Part shown: positions 26,092 to 35,147 of the stretch, piece by piece
Layout: the number at the start of each line of letters is the position of its first letter
Position numbering within the stretch: position 1 is the stretch's first letter
From: Patescibacteria group bacterium
GTDB lineage: Bacteria; Patescibacteriota; Gracilibacteria; UBA1369
Assembly (NCBI GenBank): GCA_963169815.1
Contig: CAUJDC010000055.1
Coordinates: forward strand, 1 to 52,234
Reading direction: 5' to 3'
DNA: 52,234 bases
Position numbers and translations under genes: made by a program
The notes under the pieces: generated by a model
The model's database searches: none
Seen by the model: only the letters and a program-made list of their open reading frames with translations
What the model was told of the DNA's origin: nothing

Positions 26092-26769
26092 ATGATTATC
26101 ATTGATAAAATAATAAAAAAATATCGGCATAAGAAGGTCTTGGACAATCTCACTCTGGTAATTATGCCTGGAGAATTTGTTTCTATTGTTGGACCATCTG
26201 GAGCAGGGAAGTCTACTTTGGTACATGCGTTAATTGGAGCAGAGAAAATTCATGGTGGCTCTATCACTGTGGACGGCTATAGAGTTAGTGAAATGAATAG
26301 CAAGGAATTGCAGTTTTATCGACGCAGAATTGGCGTAGTGTTTCAGGATTATCGTTTACTTCCACAGAAAACTGTTCATGAAAATGTGGCTTTTGCACTA
26401 GAGGTTTGCGGAGTAGAAAGAAGTAAAATTGATCAAAGAGTCAAAGAAGTTTTGGAATTGGTTGGACTCAAAGCCATGGCAGAGCAATTCCCATATCAAT
26501 TATCTGGTGGCGAAAGACAAAGAACTGCGATTGCCAGAGCATTGGTACATGATCCGGGAATGGTAGTGGCTGATGAACCTACTGGTAATCTCGATCCAAA
26601 AACTGCTTTAGACATAATGAAATTATTTCTGGAAATAAATAAAAAAGGTATCACCGTGCTATTTACTACTCATAATAAAGAGCTAGTGAACTTTGCCAAA
26701 CGCAGAGTAGTAAAAATTGACCAAGGAATGGTGGTTGAAGACAAGGGTGGTAGTGAATATTTGAGTTAA
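26092..26769 (+). CDS. ftsE: Cell-division ABC ATPase FtsE
   Basis: 225 aa with Walker A GPSGAGKST, the FtsE-typical RRRIGVVFQDYRLLPQKTVHENVAFALEV, signature LSGGERQR and Walker B VVADEPTGNLD. Confidence 0.8.
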   Translation: MIIIDKIIKKYRHKKVLDNLTLVIMPGEFVSIVGPSGAGKSTLVHALIGAEKIHGGSITVDGYRVSEMNSKELQFYRRRIGVVFQDYRLLPQKTVHENVAFALEVCGVERSKIDQRVKEVLELVGLKAMAEQFPYQLSGGERQRTAIARALVHDPGMVVADEPTGNLDPKTALDIMKLFLEINKKGITVLFTTHNKELVNFAKRRVVKIDQGMVVEDKGGSEYLS

Positions 26770-26829
26770 GCTCGATTTCAGCATTTGTTTAAGTGAAGTT
26801 GATATTTTCTAGGCAAATAATTTTTGCTT

Positions 26830-27912
26830 ATGAAAAAATACATACATGGATTTAACTTAATTGAAGGAGTCACTTGGGAAAAGCTGGCTAAGATAACGAC
26901 ATACTTTGCAGGTGACTTTAAAGAAGCTTGGATCAAGGGCAAAGCCAAGGATTTTGAAAAATTGGGTTTGGATTTTGCCTTATTGGAAATGGCTAGAAAC
27001 AAATATGACTTGGACAAGAGTTTAGAGAAACTTTGGGAAAATGATATTGAGGCTATTAGTGAAGTTGATGAGGAATTTCCATCTGAATTCAGATATATAA
27101 ATAGGAAACCATTTTTAATTTATAGAAAAGGTGCGCATCTAAATAGTCTTGGCCCCAAAATAGCTGTAGTTGGTATGAGAAAAGCTACATTGGCTGGAGA
27201 GAAACTGACTTTTCAAATTGGTAAAACTTTAGCTGGAAAAGGCCTGACTGTAGTTAGTGGATTGGCCTTTGGTATTGATGCCGCAGCTCACAATGGTGTC
27301 GTTCAGGCAAAAGGCCAAACGATTGGAGTGCTCGCATCCGGTATTGGAAAAATCACACCCAGTTCACATAATATTTTGGCTGAACAAATCTTGGCTAGTG
27401 GTGGAAGTATCATTTCAGAGTATCCAATGACCTCTGAAGCAATGAAATATAAATTTATAGACCGAAATCGCTTAATTGCTGCCCTATCCAATACAGTGAT
27501 AATTGTGGAGGCTGCTAAGCGATCAGGCGCGTTGATTACAGCCAGACATGCTTGGGAACAGCAAAAGGATATTCTGGTTTTCCCGGGAGATCCTGGTAAG
27601 GTGCAGGCTGAAGGCTGTAATAATTTAATTAAAGCTGGCGAAGGGCAATTGGTTAACTCAGTTGGAGATATAGTGCAATTTTTACAGGATAAGGGAGTGT
27701 TAAAGCGTGCAATCACAAAAAACCCAATTGAAAATCTTAATCAAATGGATAGAGCGATTTTAAATCTAATCAGGGAGGGTGTGGGGGAAACAGAAAGCAT
27801 ATTAGAAGAACTACCCGTAGAAATGAGTGAATTATTGGCTTCTTTAAGCAATATGGAAATAGCCGGACTGATAACCAGAGGCAATCTCTTGAATTGGCTG
27901 CCAGTTAATTGA
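26830..27912 (+). CDS. dprA: DNA-processing protein DprA (Smf)
   Basis: Rossmann-like core GLAFGIDAAAHNG...GVLASGI...SEYP...RNRLIAALS...VVEAAKRSGALITA, plus a C-terminal winged-helix-like extension. ATG 26830 is preferred over TTG 26824. Confidence 0.88.
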   Translation: MKKYIHGFNLIEGVTWEKLAKITTYFAGDFKEAWIKGKAKDFEKLGLDFALLEMARNKYDLDKSLEKLWENDIEAISEVDEEFPSEFRYINRKPFLIYRKGAHLNSLGPKIAVVGMRKATLAGEKLTFQIGKTLAGKGLTVVSGLAFGIDAAAHNGVVQAKGQTIGVLASGIGKITPSSHNILAEQILASGGSIISEYPMTSEAMKYKFIDRNRLIAALSNTVIIVEAAKRSGALITARHAWEQQKDILVFPGDPGKVQAEGCNNLIKAGEGQLVNSVGDIVQFLQDKGVLKRAITKNPIENLNQMDRAILNLIREGVGETESILEELPVEMSELLASLSNMEIAGLITRGNLLNWLPVN

Positions 27913-29686
27913 TAGCTGTAGCGCGATGAACTTCTTCCAAAGTTGTAACACCCTGAAGCACTTTGAGTATGCCATCTTCACGCATAGTGATCATACCTTT
28001 GCGACGGGCGGCTTCAATCATTTTGGTAGTACTGGCTTTGTTTAGAATCAGATCTTTCATTTCGAAATCGATTCCCAAAAACTCAGCGACAATAACGCGG
28101 CCCTTATATCCGGTGTGACTACAAACATCGCAGCCTTCAGCTACAGGAAGTGTTTCTGGGATAATAATATTTTCGCTTGGACGAACAGACTTAATGGTCT
28201 CAACTACATGCTGCAATTCTTCGAGTTCGGCCTTTGGAATTGGCTGTGGTTTGCTGCAATTTGGACAGATGCGGCGGCAGAGACGTTGAGCGATAATTGT
28301 GTTTAATGATGGCCCGATCATAAAGGAAGGTAGACCGATATTGATCAAACGTGGGATTGTTTCGATGGCGGAATTGGTATGCAAAGTAGATAACATGACG
28401 TGACCAGTTAAGGCGGCCTGCGCAGCAGTTTCCGCGGTTTCGAGGTCGCGAATTTCACCAATCATGATGACTTCAGGGTCCTGACGGAGGATTGAGCGCA
28501 GGCCGCTGGCGAAGTTGTAGCCACCTTTTTCATTGATCTGACTTTGTGAAATGCCTGGGAGATGATATTCGATTGGATCTTCGAGAGTAATGATTTTGGC
28601 CTCTGGTTTGTTGAATTGGGCAAGCATGGTGTAGAGAGTGGTGGTTTTACCTGAACCAGTAGGACCTGTTACCAGAATCATACCGTGACTGATTTTGGTG
28701 AGATTTTCAATTTTGGTGAGGTACGGGCCGGAGAAACCGAGCTCTTCGAAGCTGATTAAGTGGCGGTTGCTGTCTAAAAGTCTCATTACAAAACTTTCGC
28801 CGTATTCGGTTGGAAGAACAGAAACTCTCACGTCGATTTTACGATTATTTACACTGAAATAGTAGCGACCGTCCTGGGGGATATTAGTTACGTTGAGACG
28901 CAACTTGGCCATGTACTTGAGCTGATTGGAGATGTTTTGCCAAGCAGACTTTTGGATGCGGAAAACTTCATGCAAAATACCATCGATACGGAAACGAGCG
29001 CGAACGAATTGATCTTCTGCTTCCAAATGGATATCAGATGAGCCTGAGCGCAGAGCCCCGATATTAATTAAATAAACTGCTTCTTCGGAATTAACATTAC
29101 TGAGTTTGGCGCCAAGTGACTTCAGATCGGCCAATTCTTTTTCATAAGTCTGAATTTTAGCCTCATCCATCTGAGTATTTATCTCCTTTTTGACGATGTA
29201 CTGGTCTGTGTCATAGAGGTGAAGGGCGTCTTTAATTCCTTCTTCTGAAGAGAGATTAATGTTAACCAGATAGCCCTGTTTCTTGAGTTTGGTAATGAGC
29301 TCGAGTGTTCCAGGATGAGTTGGGTGAGCAACTGTGATACGCAATTTTTTGCCCATGCGGTAAAAAGGCATGACTAAATTCTGTTCTGCTTCTTCGCGGG
29401 TGATAATTTTGAGTAAATCTGGATTGATCGGTGTAATGGCAATGTCAATGTAGTTCATGGCCAATTGAGCTGCCTTGTCCATTGTGTCCTTTTCCTTTGC
29501 TTCACGCTTAATCTTGGCTAAGCCTGATTCAAGCTTAGTTTCATCTTCAGCAGAAATCAGATCACGGGAAATAGTGATGTTTTGAACTGGCGGCTTGGCA
29601 GTAGCCTGTGTATCGGCAGGTTTACCGCTATCTTTAGCGGGTTCTCCAGTCACATTTGGGTCTTTGAGAGTGGTCGGGTCAAACAT
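27905..29686 (-). CDS. pilB: Type IV pilus / type II secretion assembly ATPase (PilB/GspE family)
   Basis: 593 aa with Walker A VTGPTGSGKTTTLY, an Asp box, Walker B (IMIGEIRD), a His box (LTGHVMLSTLHTN) and a tetracysteine Zn motif (CRRICPNC...CDVCSHTGYKGR). Confidence 0.9.
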   Translation of the reverse strand: MFDPTTLKDPNVTGEPAKDSGKPADTQATAKPPVQNITISRDLISAEDETKLESGLAKIKREAKEKDTMDKAAQLAMNYIDIAITPINPDLLKIITREEAEQNLVMPFYRMGKKLRITVAHPTHPGTLELITKLKKQGYLVNINLSSEEGIKDALHLYDTDQYIVKKEINTQMDEAKIQTYEKELADLKSLGAKLSNVNSEEAVYLINIGALRSGSSDIHLEAEDQFVRARFRIDGILHEVFRIQKSAWQNISNQLKYMAKLRLNVTNIPQDGRYYFSVNNRKIDVRVSVLPTEYGESFVMRLLDSNRHLISFEELGFSGPYLTKIENLTKISHGMILVTGPTGSGKTTTLYTMLAQFNKPEAKIITLEDPIEYHLPGISQSQINEKGGYNFASGLRSILRQDPEVIMIGEIRDLETAETAAQAALTGHVMLSTLHTNSAIETIPRLINIGLPSFMIGPSLNTIIAQRLCRRICPNCSKPQPIPKAELEELQHVVETIKSVRPSENIIIPETLPVAEGCDVCSHTGYKGRVIVAEFLGIDFEMKDLILNKASTTKMIEAARRKGMITMREDGILKVLQGVTTLEEVHRATAIN

Positions 29687-29765
29687 GTTGCAAAACTAGG
29701 TTCAATAAATCCTTATATTTTAGCATAAATAAGGAAAAAATCCTAGTATACCCGTGCAATAATGC

Positions 29766-31010
29766 TTAACTAGCCTTGGCTACTTCTTCAGCAATCATCT
29801 GAGCTTCGTCTGATGACAAGCCTTCGATGCCAGCGATATCCGCTACAGATAAGCCTTTGAGCTGTTCTACCATAGTGATATTGGCAGCTTCCAATTTGGT
29901 AATAACTTCTGGATCGAGATTTGGCAAATCTTTGATGGCCTCAACTTTGGCAGAAGCATCAGCAGCTGAGCCAGTCATTTCACCGATATCAAGGATATCG
30001 AGCTCATAACCTGTTAAACGAGAAGCTAAACGTACATTTTGACCATTTTTACCGATGGCCAGTGGTCGTTGATCTGGATTTACATAGATTTTGGCACGCT
30101 TTTCTTCTCTGTTGATATCGATAGCAGCTACTTTGGCTGGAGCAAGGGCAGTACGGATATATGGTTCAATGTCAGCATTCCATTGGATGACGTCAATTCT
30201 TTCACCATTTAATTCATCCATAACATTCTGAACACGAACACCCTTTTGGCCAACGCAAGAACCAATTGGATCGATTTTTGGATCATTGGAGCTAACAGCG
30301 ATTTTGGAACGAACACCTGGTTCACGAGCTATGGCTTTGATTTCAACCAAATTGCTCTTAATTTCAGGGATTTCCAATTCCATTAATTTGCTAACCAGGC
30401 TTGGATGGCTGCGAGAAATCAGTAATTGAGGTCCACGGCTAGTCTTGATAACTTTGTCGAGATAGAGTTTAACTCTTTGACCTGCATAATATCTTTCGCG
30501 TGGAATTTGCTGATCCTGAGGAAGAACTGTAGTCAATTTGTTGTCGAGGTTAACGTGAACAGTGCCGTATTCAACACGTTGAACCATAGCGTTCAAGAGT
30601 TCGTTCTCACGATCTTTGAAAGTTGTATACATCATGTCGCGTTCAGCTTCCTGAAGCTTTTGGATAATGACTTGTTTAGCTGATTGAGCAGCGATACGAC
30701 CGTATTCCATTGGAGTTACATCGATTTTTACCATACCACCAACTTTGGCATTTTTCTGATATCTCTGAGCTTCTTTGAGAGAGATTTGAGTTTCAGGATT
30801 TTCTACTTCTTTAACGATGTCTTTGAGTAAATAAACTGTAGTCATCTCACGTTTTTCATCGAGGTCGATATCAATATTCTGGTCTTTGTTGCCGTAATCT
30901 TTACGATAGGCGGCACGGAGAGCTGCTTTGATTGTTTCGATAACCTGGTCGCGAGGAATATTCTTTTCGTCGCAGAGTTGATTGATGGCGGCGATAAATT
31001 GTGAATTCAT
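29766..31010 (-). CDS. nusA: Transcription termination/antitermination factor NusA
   Basis: 414 aa with an N-terminal RNAP-binding domain, S1 and two KH domains (GSCVGQKGVRVQNV, AIGKNGQNVRLAS) and a C-terminal HhH-like repeat. Confidence 0.92.
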   Translation of the reverse strand: MNSQFIAAINQLCDEKNIPRDQVIETIKAALRAAYRKDYGNKDQNIDIDLDEKREMTTVYLLKDIVKEVENPETQISLKEAQRYQKNAKVGGMVKIDVTPMEYGRIAAQSAKQVIIQKLQEAERDMMYTTFKDRENELLNAMVQRVEYGTVHVNLDNKLTTVLPQDQQIPRERYYAGQRVKLYLDKVIKTSRGPQLLISRSHPSLVSKLMELEIPEIKSNLVEIKAIAREPGVRSKIAVSSNDPKIDPIGSCVGQKGVRVQNVMDELNGERIDVIQWNADIEPYIRTALAPAKVAAIDINREEKRAKIYVNPDQRPLAIGKNGQNVRLASRLTGYELDILDIGEMTGSAADASAKVEAIKDLPNLDPEVITKLEAANITMVEQLKGLSVADIAGIEGLSSDEAQMIAEEVAKAS

Positions 31011-31199
31011 GTGGTTGATACGTTAAAATGCCCGGATTAGCCTAAAACTAATCCTTTTTCAGGGTAAATTTACACTAGAAAAGGCCCAATGTAAAGTTTT
31101 TGAGATTGGTTGGCCACCAGTCCCTGTTCTACTACTTCGAGACGAATTTGCTTTAAGCCAATTTTTTGCTAATATTCCCACAACATTTTCTCTTTAAAT

Positions 31200-32018
31200 A
31201 TGAAGAAAGCAGTTGTCAGTTCAGTAGTGGCTGTTTTGATTTTCAGCAGTTGGAGCTTGGCTTTGGCGCAGCAATATAGTTATGGAGTTTATGATTACGC
31301 TTATGTAGATCCGAATACTGGAGGCGTGATGGATTATAGTACTGATGATACAGCAGCTTATGATGACTCTGCTTATTATGATGACCCTGCATATTATGAT
31401 AATACATATTATCCTGAAGACAGTATTAACATTGCGGAAGACACAACTACTACGAATAAGCCAATTATACTTAATCCGAATGTGATTAAGGCGATTAATG
31501 AACAAGCCAAGGATAATAAAAAGGAAGTGGACGCGGAGAAAATTAAAAAGGATTTACTAGAAGAAATTAATAAAAAGAAACAGGAGGAGGAGGCGAAGCC
31601 TGGATTTGGTGGCAGAATACAAGGAATTTTCAGTGAATATTGGGTGCAGATGTTGGCTTTGATTGTTTCAGTGATTGGTGTGGTTTTGGCTGTAAGTGGA
31701 TTTTCTATTGCCAATAAGAGTAAGCAGAAAAATTTGAAGAAGTTTTTGCATGAAATTGACGATGCTTATACATCTTATAAATGGAAGACTAAACGTTGCG
31801 AGGCTGAGCTTTATAGACTACTGGATCAAGTTGAAGAACAGCTGAAGGAAGGCAAAATTGATGAAAGTACTTTTTCACTTTTGGAAAAGCGTATTCATAA
31901 ATATCTAGATGAAATCAAGTACGCTGAGGAGCGTCCAATATATAGCGACTCTGAACAAAAAAAGAATGGTGAAAACCTGGCTAAAAAAATCGATGAGGTA
32001 GTTGAAGGAAAAGATTAA
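31200..32018 (+). CDS. Hypothetical single-pass membrane protein with a Tyr/Asp-rich ectodomain and a coiled-coil, SHOCT-like cytoplasmic tail
   Basis: Signal peptide, a low-complexity YSYGVYDYAYVD...AAYDDSAYYDDPAYYDNTYYPED stretch, one TM helix (WVQMLALIVSVIGVVLAVSGFSI), then LKEGKIDESTFSLLEKRI. Confidence 0.55.
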   Translation: MKKAVVSSVVAVLIFSSWSLALAQQYSYGVYDYAYVDPNTGGVMDYSTDDTAAYDDSAYYDDPAYYDNTYYPEDSINIAEDTTTTNKPIILNPNVIKAINEQAKDNKKEVDAEKIKKDLLEEINKKKQEEEAKPGFGGRIQGIFSEYWVQMLALIVSVIGVVLAVSGFSIANKSKQKNLKKFLHEIDDAYTSYKWKTKRCEAELYRLLDQVEEQLKEGKIDESTFSLLEKRIHKYLDEIKYAEERPIYSDSEQKKNGENLAKKIDEVVEGKD

Positions 32019-32521
32019 ATTTCTTCGAGAGTAGAGTTAGTGAGTCTGCGGAGGGTTTTGTAAATGACATCGGTATTGAAACCATTGCTTTGGAGAAAGC
32101 GGGCTAATTTGGCCTGAGTTTTTTGTTCGCGGAGGTCTGAGAGTTGGAGATTTTTTATCTTGCGGGAGAGTAATGATTTGGCTAAGGCATATTCATCCGG
32201 ATCCAATGCTGTGAGAGCAGTGTTAATGTGTAAGTCATCAATTCCTTTTTGACGAAGTTTGGCACGAATTTTGAGTGGGCCAAATGGTTTGTATTGGCCA
32301 TTGGTGCGGCCTTCGATGTAGAAGTAGGCGTAGTCACGATCGTTGAGGAAATTTGATTTGACCAGTTTTTCGAGAACTTCCTGGAGGTCTGCGTCAGAAA
32401 CTGGAGCTGGCGATTTGCGGTTACGGGCCTCCATTTTGCGAACCATTTCACTGACAGTGAAGCGTTTTTTGGCGAGAATGGTGAGCGCGTAATTGAGCAG
32501 ATTTTTTTGAGGAGTGGTCAT
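32015..32521 (-). CDS. recX: RecA regulator RecX
   Basis: 168-aa helical-repeat protein located 58 nt downstream of recA on the same strand. It shows RecX-like repeats (LLNYALTILAKKRFTVSEM..., YAYFYIEGRTNG..., LRQKGID). Confidence 0.75.
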   Translation of the reverse strand: MTTPQKNLLNYALTILAKKRFTVSEMVRKMEARNRKSPAPVSDADLQEVLEKLVKSNFLNDRDYAYFYIEGRTNGQYKPFGPLKIRAKLRQKGIDDLHINTALTALDPDEYALAKSLLSRKIKNLQLSDLREQKTQAKLARFLQSNGFNTDVIYKTLRRLTNSTLEEI

Positions 32522-32578
32522 ACTTTTGTTTTTAAAAACTCCACTAGGTATTACCCAGTGGAGTTTACTTTAGAAAAT

Positions 32579-33694
32579 TTATTTCTTGTCAGTAGCGAGA
32601 GCTTTAGCTGCTTTGGCAGGAGCTGGAGTAGCTGCAGCAGCGGCTATTGGAGCAGTAGGAGCTTCCATGCTGTTTTCTTCACTTTCTTGAGCTTTAGCAA
32701 TTTTGAGGACATCCTTTTCAATAGCCTGGAGGATTTTCTTGTTTTCTGGTTGAGCCAAGAAAGCTTTGCTGTTTTCACGACCCTGGCCAATCTTGTCTTC
32801 ACCATAGCTGTAGAAGGCGCCAGATTTCTTAACAATTTCGAAACGAGTAGCAAGGTCCAGGAGATCGCCGATCTTGCTGATACCACGGTTATACATAATA
32901 TCGAATTCTGCCTGTTTGAATGGAGGTGCAACCTTGTTTTTAACAACCTTAACTTTTACGCGGATACCAGTGTAATTCTTTTCTTCACCTGTCCCCTCTT
33001 CAAGTTTACCGATAGAGCGGATTTCCATACGAACGGAGCTGTAGAATTTGAGTGCGTTACCACCAGTTGTAGTTTCTGGATTACCAAACATTACGCCAAT
33101 TTTCATACGTAATTGATTGAGGAAAACTACTGTAGTTTTTGATTTACTAATAGCAGCTGTAAGTTTGCGAAGAGCCTGGCTCATCAGTCTCGCTTGTAGA
33201 CCCATGTGAGAATCACCCATTTCGCCTTCGATTTCTGCTTTTGGAGTAAGAGCAGCAACTGAGTCGATAATAATGAGATCGATGGCATTGGAGCGAACCA
33301 GAGTTTCAGCGATTTCGAGAGCTTGTTCACCACTGTCTGGTTGAGAAACAAGCAAACTATCGAGATCAACACCGATGCGACGAGCATATTCTGGATCGAG
33401 AGCATGTTCAGCGTCGACGAAAGCAGCCATACCGCCAGCCTTCTGAACTTCAGAAATCATATGAAGAGTGAGAGTAGTTTTACCAGAGCTTTCTGGACCA
33501 TATACTTCGACAATTCTACCTTTTGGAACACCACCACCTAAAGCTAGGTCTAGTGACATGGCACCAGTGGAGAAAGTTTCAATTGCCATATGATGTTGTT
33601 CACCCATTTTCATAATAGAACCTTTGCCAAAACTGCGTTCGATTTGGGCGAGAGCCAATTCGACTGCCTTTTGTTTTTCTGATGAGATAGCCAT
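32579..33694 (-). CDS. recA: Recombinase RecA
   Basis: Start reassigned to ATG 33694 ([28 protein letters not shown]). It has Walker [11 protein letters not shown], Walker [10 protein letters not shown] and the L1/L2 loop regions. The 35 extra N-terminal residues in the ORF track would cover the promoter. Confidence 0.95.
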   Translation of the reverse strand: MAISSEKQKAVELALAQIERSFGKGSIMKMGEQHHMAIETFSTGAMSLDLALGGGVPKGRIVEVYGPESSGKTTLTLHMISEVQKAGGMAAFVDAEHALDPEYARRIGVDLDSLLVSQPDSGEQALEIAETLVRSNAIDLIIIDSVAALTPKAEIEGEMGDSHMGLQARLMSQALRKLTAAISKSKTTVVFLNQLRMKIGVMFGNPETTTGGNALKFYSSVRMEIRSIGKLEEGTGEEKNYTGIRVKVKVVKNKVAPPFKQAEFDIMYNRGISKIGDLLDLATRFEIVKKSGAFYSYGEDKIGQGRENSKAFLAQPENKKILQAIEKDVLKIAKAQESEENSMEAPTAPIAAAAATPAPAKAAKALATDKK

Positions 33695-33733
33695 AAATTT
33701 ACTTTGATTAAAAATTATTTTGTATTTAACCAG

Positions 33734-33762
33734 ATGATAGGTGAGCAAATACTCACCGTCAA
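33734..33762 (-). promoter_or_regulatory. recA promoter (sigma-70 type) with an inverted repeat in the spacer
   Basis: On the minus strand: TTGACG (33762-33757), a 17-nt spacer, then TATCAT (33739-33734). The spacer is the inverted repeat GGTGAG-N6-CTCACC (33740-33757). A 10-bp palindrome CCTGTACAGG lies at 33771-33780. Confidence 0.55.
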
Positions 33763-33855
33763 GATTTAACCCTGTACAGGTAGGCAAAATATATTTCAAT
33801 TTATAAAGACCCGAAATGAACTGGGTCTTAAATTTACTTAACTTTTAGATGAAAT

Positions 33856-34229
33856 TTACTTGATGATTGGACCGGTCTCAATAACCTCAAAAGCAGAGCC
33901 TGGCATAGATTTAAGTTGATTCAATTCTTCATCATCCCAGTTGGGATTAGATTCGCAAGATATTACCAATTAGAACCATGGTCAGCGACAATCATACTAT
34001 ACTGCTTGAGAGCTTCGAGGACAACTCGGGAAGCATCGGTATGTCCGCTAATGTCATAGTTGGCCTTGTGAGACGGAGACCCATTGGTGGGAGATTGGAG
34101 CGAGGCCAAAGTCACTTTCGTCAGCATACTGTTTAGACCAATGATTGACTGTATCTGTGAAATCCTCACATAAGCCTGAGCAGTGAAAAAGTAGGTGAGC
34201 GCAAGTATGACTTGAAGTAGTTTTTTCAT
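33856..34229 (-). pseudogene. Small secreted protein gene apparently disrupted by a 1-nt frameshift
   Basis: The 88-aa ORF (signal peptide MKKLLQVILALTYFFTAQA) stops at ...MIVADHGSNW-TAA (33963-33965). The -1 frame continues for 36 more codons (VISCESNPNWDDEELNQLKSMPGSAFEVIETGPIIK, stop at 33856-33858). Restoring one base after TGGTA would give NWYISCESNPNWDDEEL. Confidence 0.4.
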
Positions 34230-34305
34230 TGTTTTGGGCTAAAAAAATAAGCTTGTACATTTAAGCGAAGCACGTAATATAATGGCAGCTATTAGAGAAA
34301 AACCT

Positions 34306-35100
34306 ATGAAAATATTATTGATTGGCGATATCTTTGCAAAGCCCGGACGTGAAGCTGTAAAAAAAGTTTTGCCAGCCTTGCGAAATGAACGTGAAATTGA
34401 TCTAGTGATTGCTAATGCAGAAAATCTGCATCATGGAAAAGGTGTATCTGATGCCAAAATTCAGGAAATGAAAGGTGCTGGAATAGATTTCTTCACTAGC
34501 GGAAATCATATTTGGAAAGTGCCAGAAATTTTTATAGAAATGGAAAAAACTGGTTATCCATTGATTCGTCCAGCCAATTATCCAGGTGATGCACCAGGCA
34601 GAGGTTTTGAAATTATTGAAGTTAAAGGTGAAAAGGTTGCTGTGATTAATCTGTTGGGACGAGTATTTATGCCGGGGAATTTGGATGATCCATTTGCCAA
34701 AGCTGAAGCAATCCTCAAAGCAATCGGTAAACTGGGTAAAGATGTAAAAGCCATTATCGTCGATTTTCACGGTGAAGCATCGGCAGAGAAGAAAGCTTTT
34801 GCTCTGAATTTGGATGGGAGAGTTAGTATGGTTTATGGAACACATACTCATGTGCCAACTGCTGATGAAATGATTTTGAGTGGTGGGACTGCTTTTCAAA
34901 CAGATATTGGTATGACTGGAGTGTTGGAATCAGTAATTGGCGCTGATAAGCAGGCCATTATTGAAGGATTTGTGACGCAGAGACCGGTGAAGCATGAAGT
35001 GGCTGAAGGCAAAGCTTATTTCAATGCCTTGATGGTTGAGACTGATGACAAAAGCGGATTGGCGGTGAAAGTTGAAAGAATTCAGGTGCGGGATTTGTAA
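34306..35100 (+). CDS. ymdB: YmdB-family metallophosphoesterase (2',3'-cyclic nucleotide phosphodiesterase-like, TIGR00282 type)
   Basis: MKILLIGDIFAKPGREAV...VIANAENLHHGKGV...FFTSGNHIW...VDFHGEASAEK...GTHTHVPTAD motifs. ATG 34306 is preferred because a TTGTAC-16-TAATAT promoter (34253-34280) ends only 1 nt before the upstream ATG 34282. Confidence 0.8.
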   Translation: MKILLIGDIFAKPGREAVKKVLPALRNEREIDLVIANAENLHHGKGVSDAKIQEMKGAGIDFFTSGNHIWKVPEIFIEMEKTGYPLIRPANYPGDAPGRGFEIIEVKGEKVAVINLLGRVFMPGNLDDPFAKAEAILKAIGKLGKDVKAIIVDFHGEASAEKKAFALNLDGRVSMVYGTHTHVPTADEMILSGGTAFQTDIGMTGVLESVIGADKQAIIEGFVTQRPVKHEVAEGKAYFNALMVETDDKSGLAVKVERIQVRDL

Positions 35101-35147
35101 GAGCTGGTGTATAATCAGCAGGCTGGGTTTTTATAAAATCTAAATTA

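Noticed and set aside
31033-31062. Hairpin GGATTAG-cctaaaa-CTAATCC plus T5 in the nusA upstream region as a regulatory attenuator
   Set aside because: The T-run follows the hairpin only on the plus strand, where no upstream gene exists. On the nusA-sense strand it lacks a U-tract. The evidence is insufficient to call a feature.
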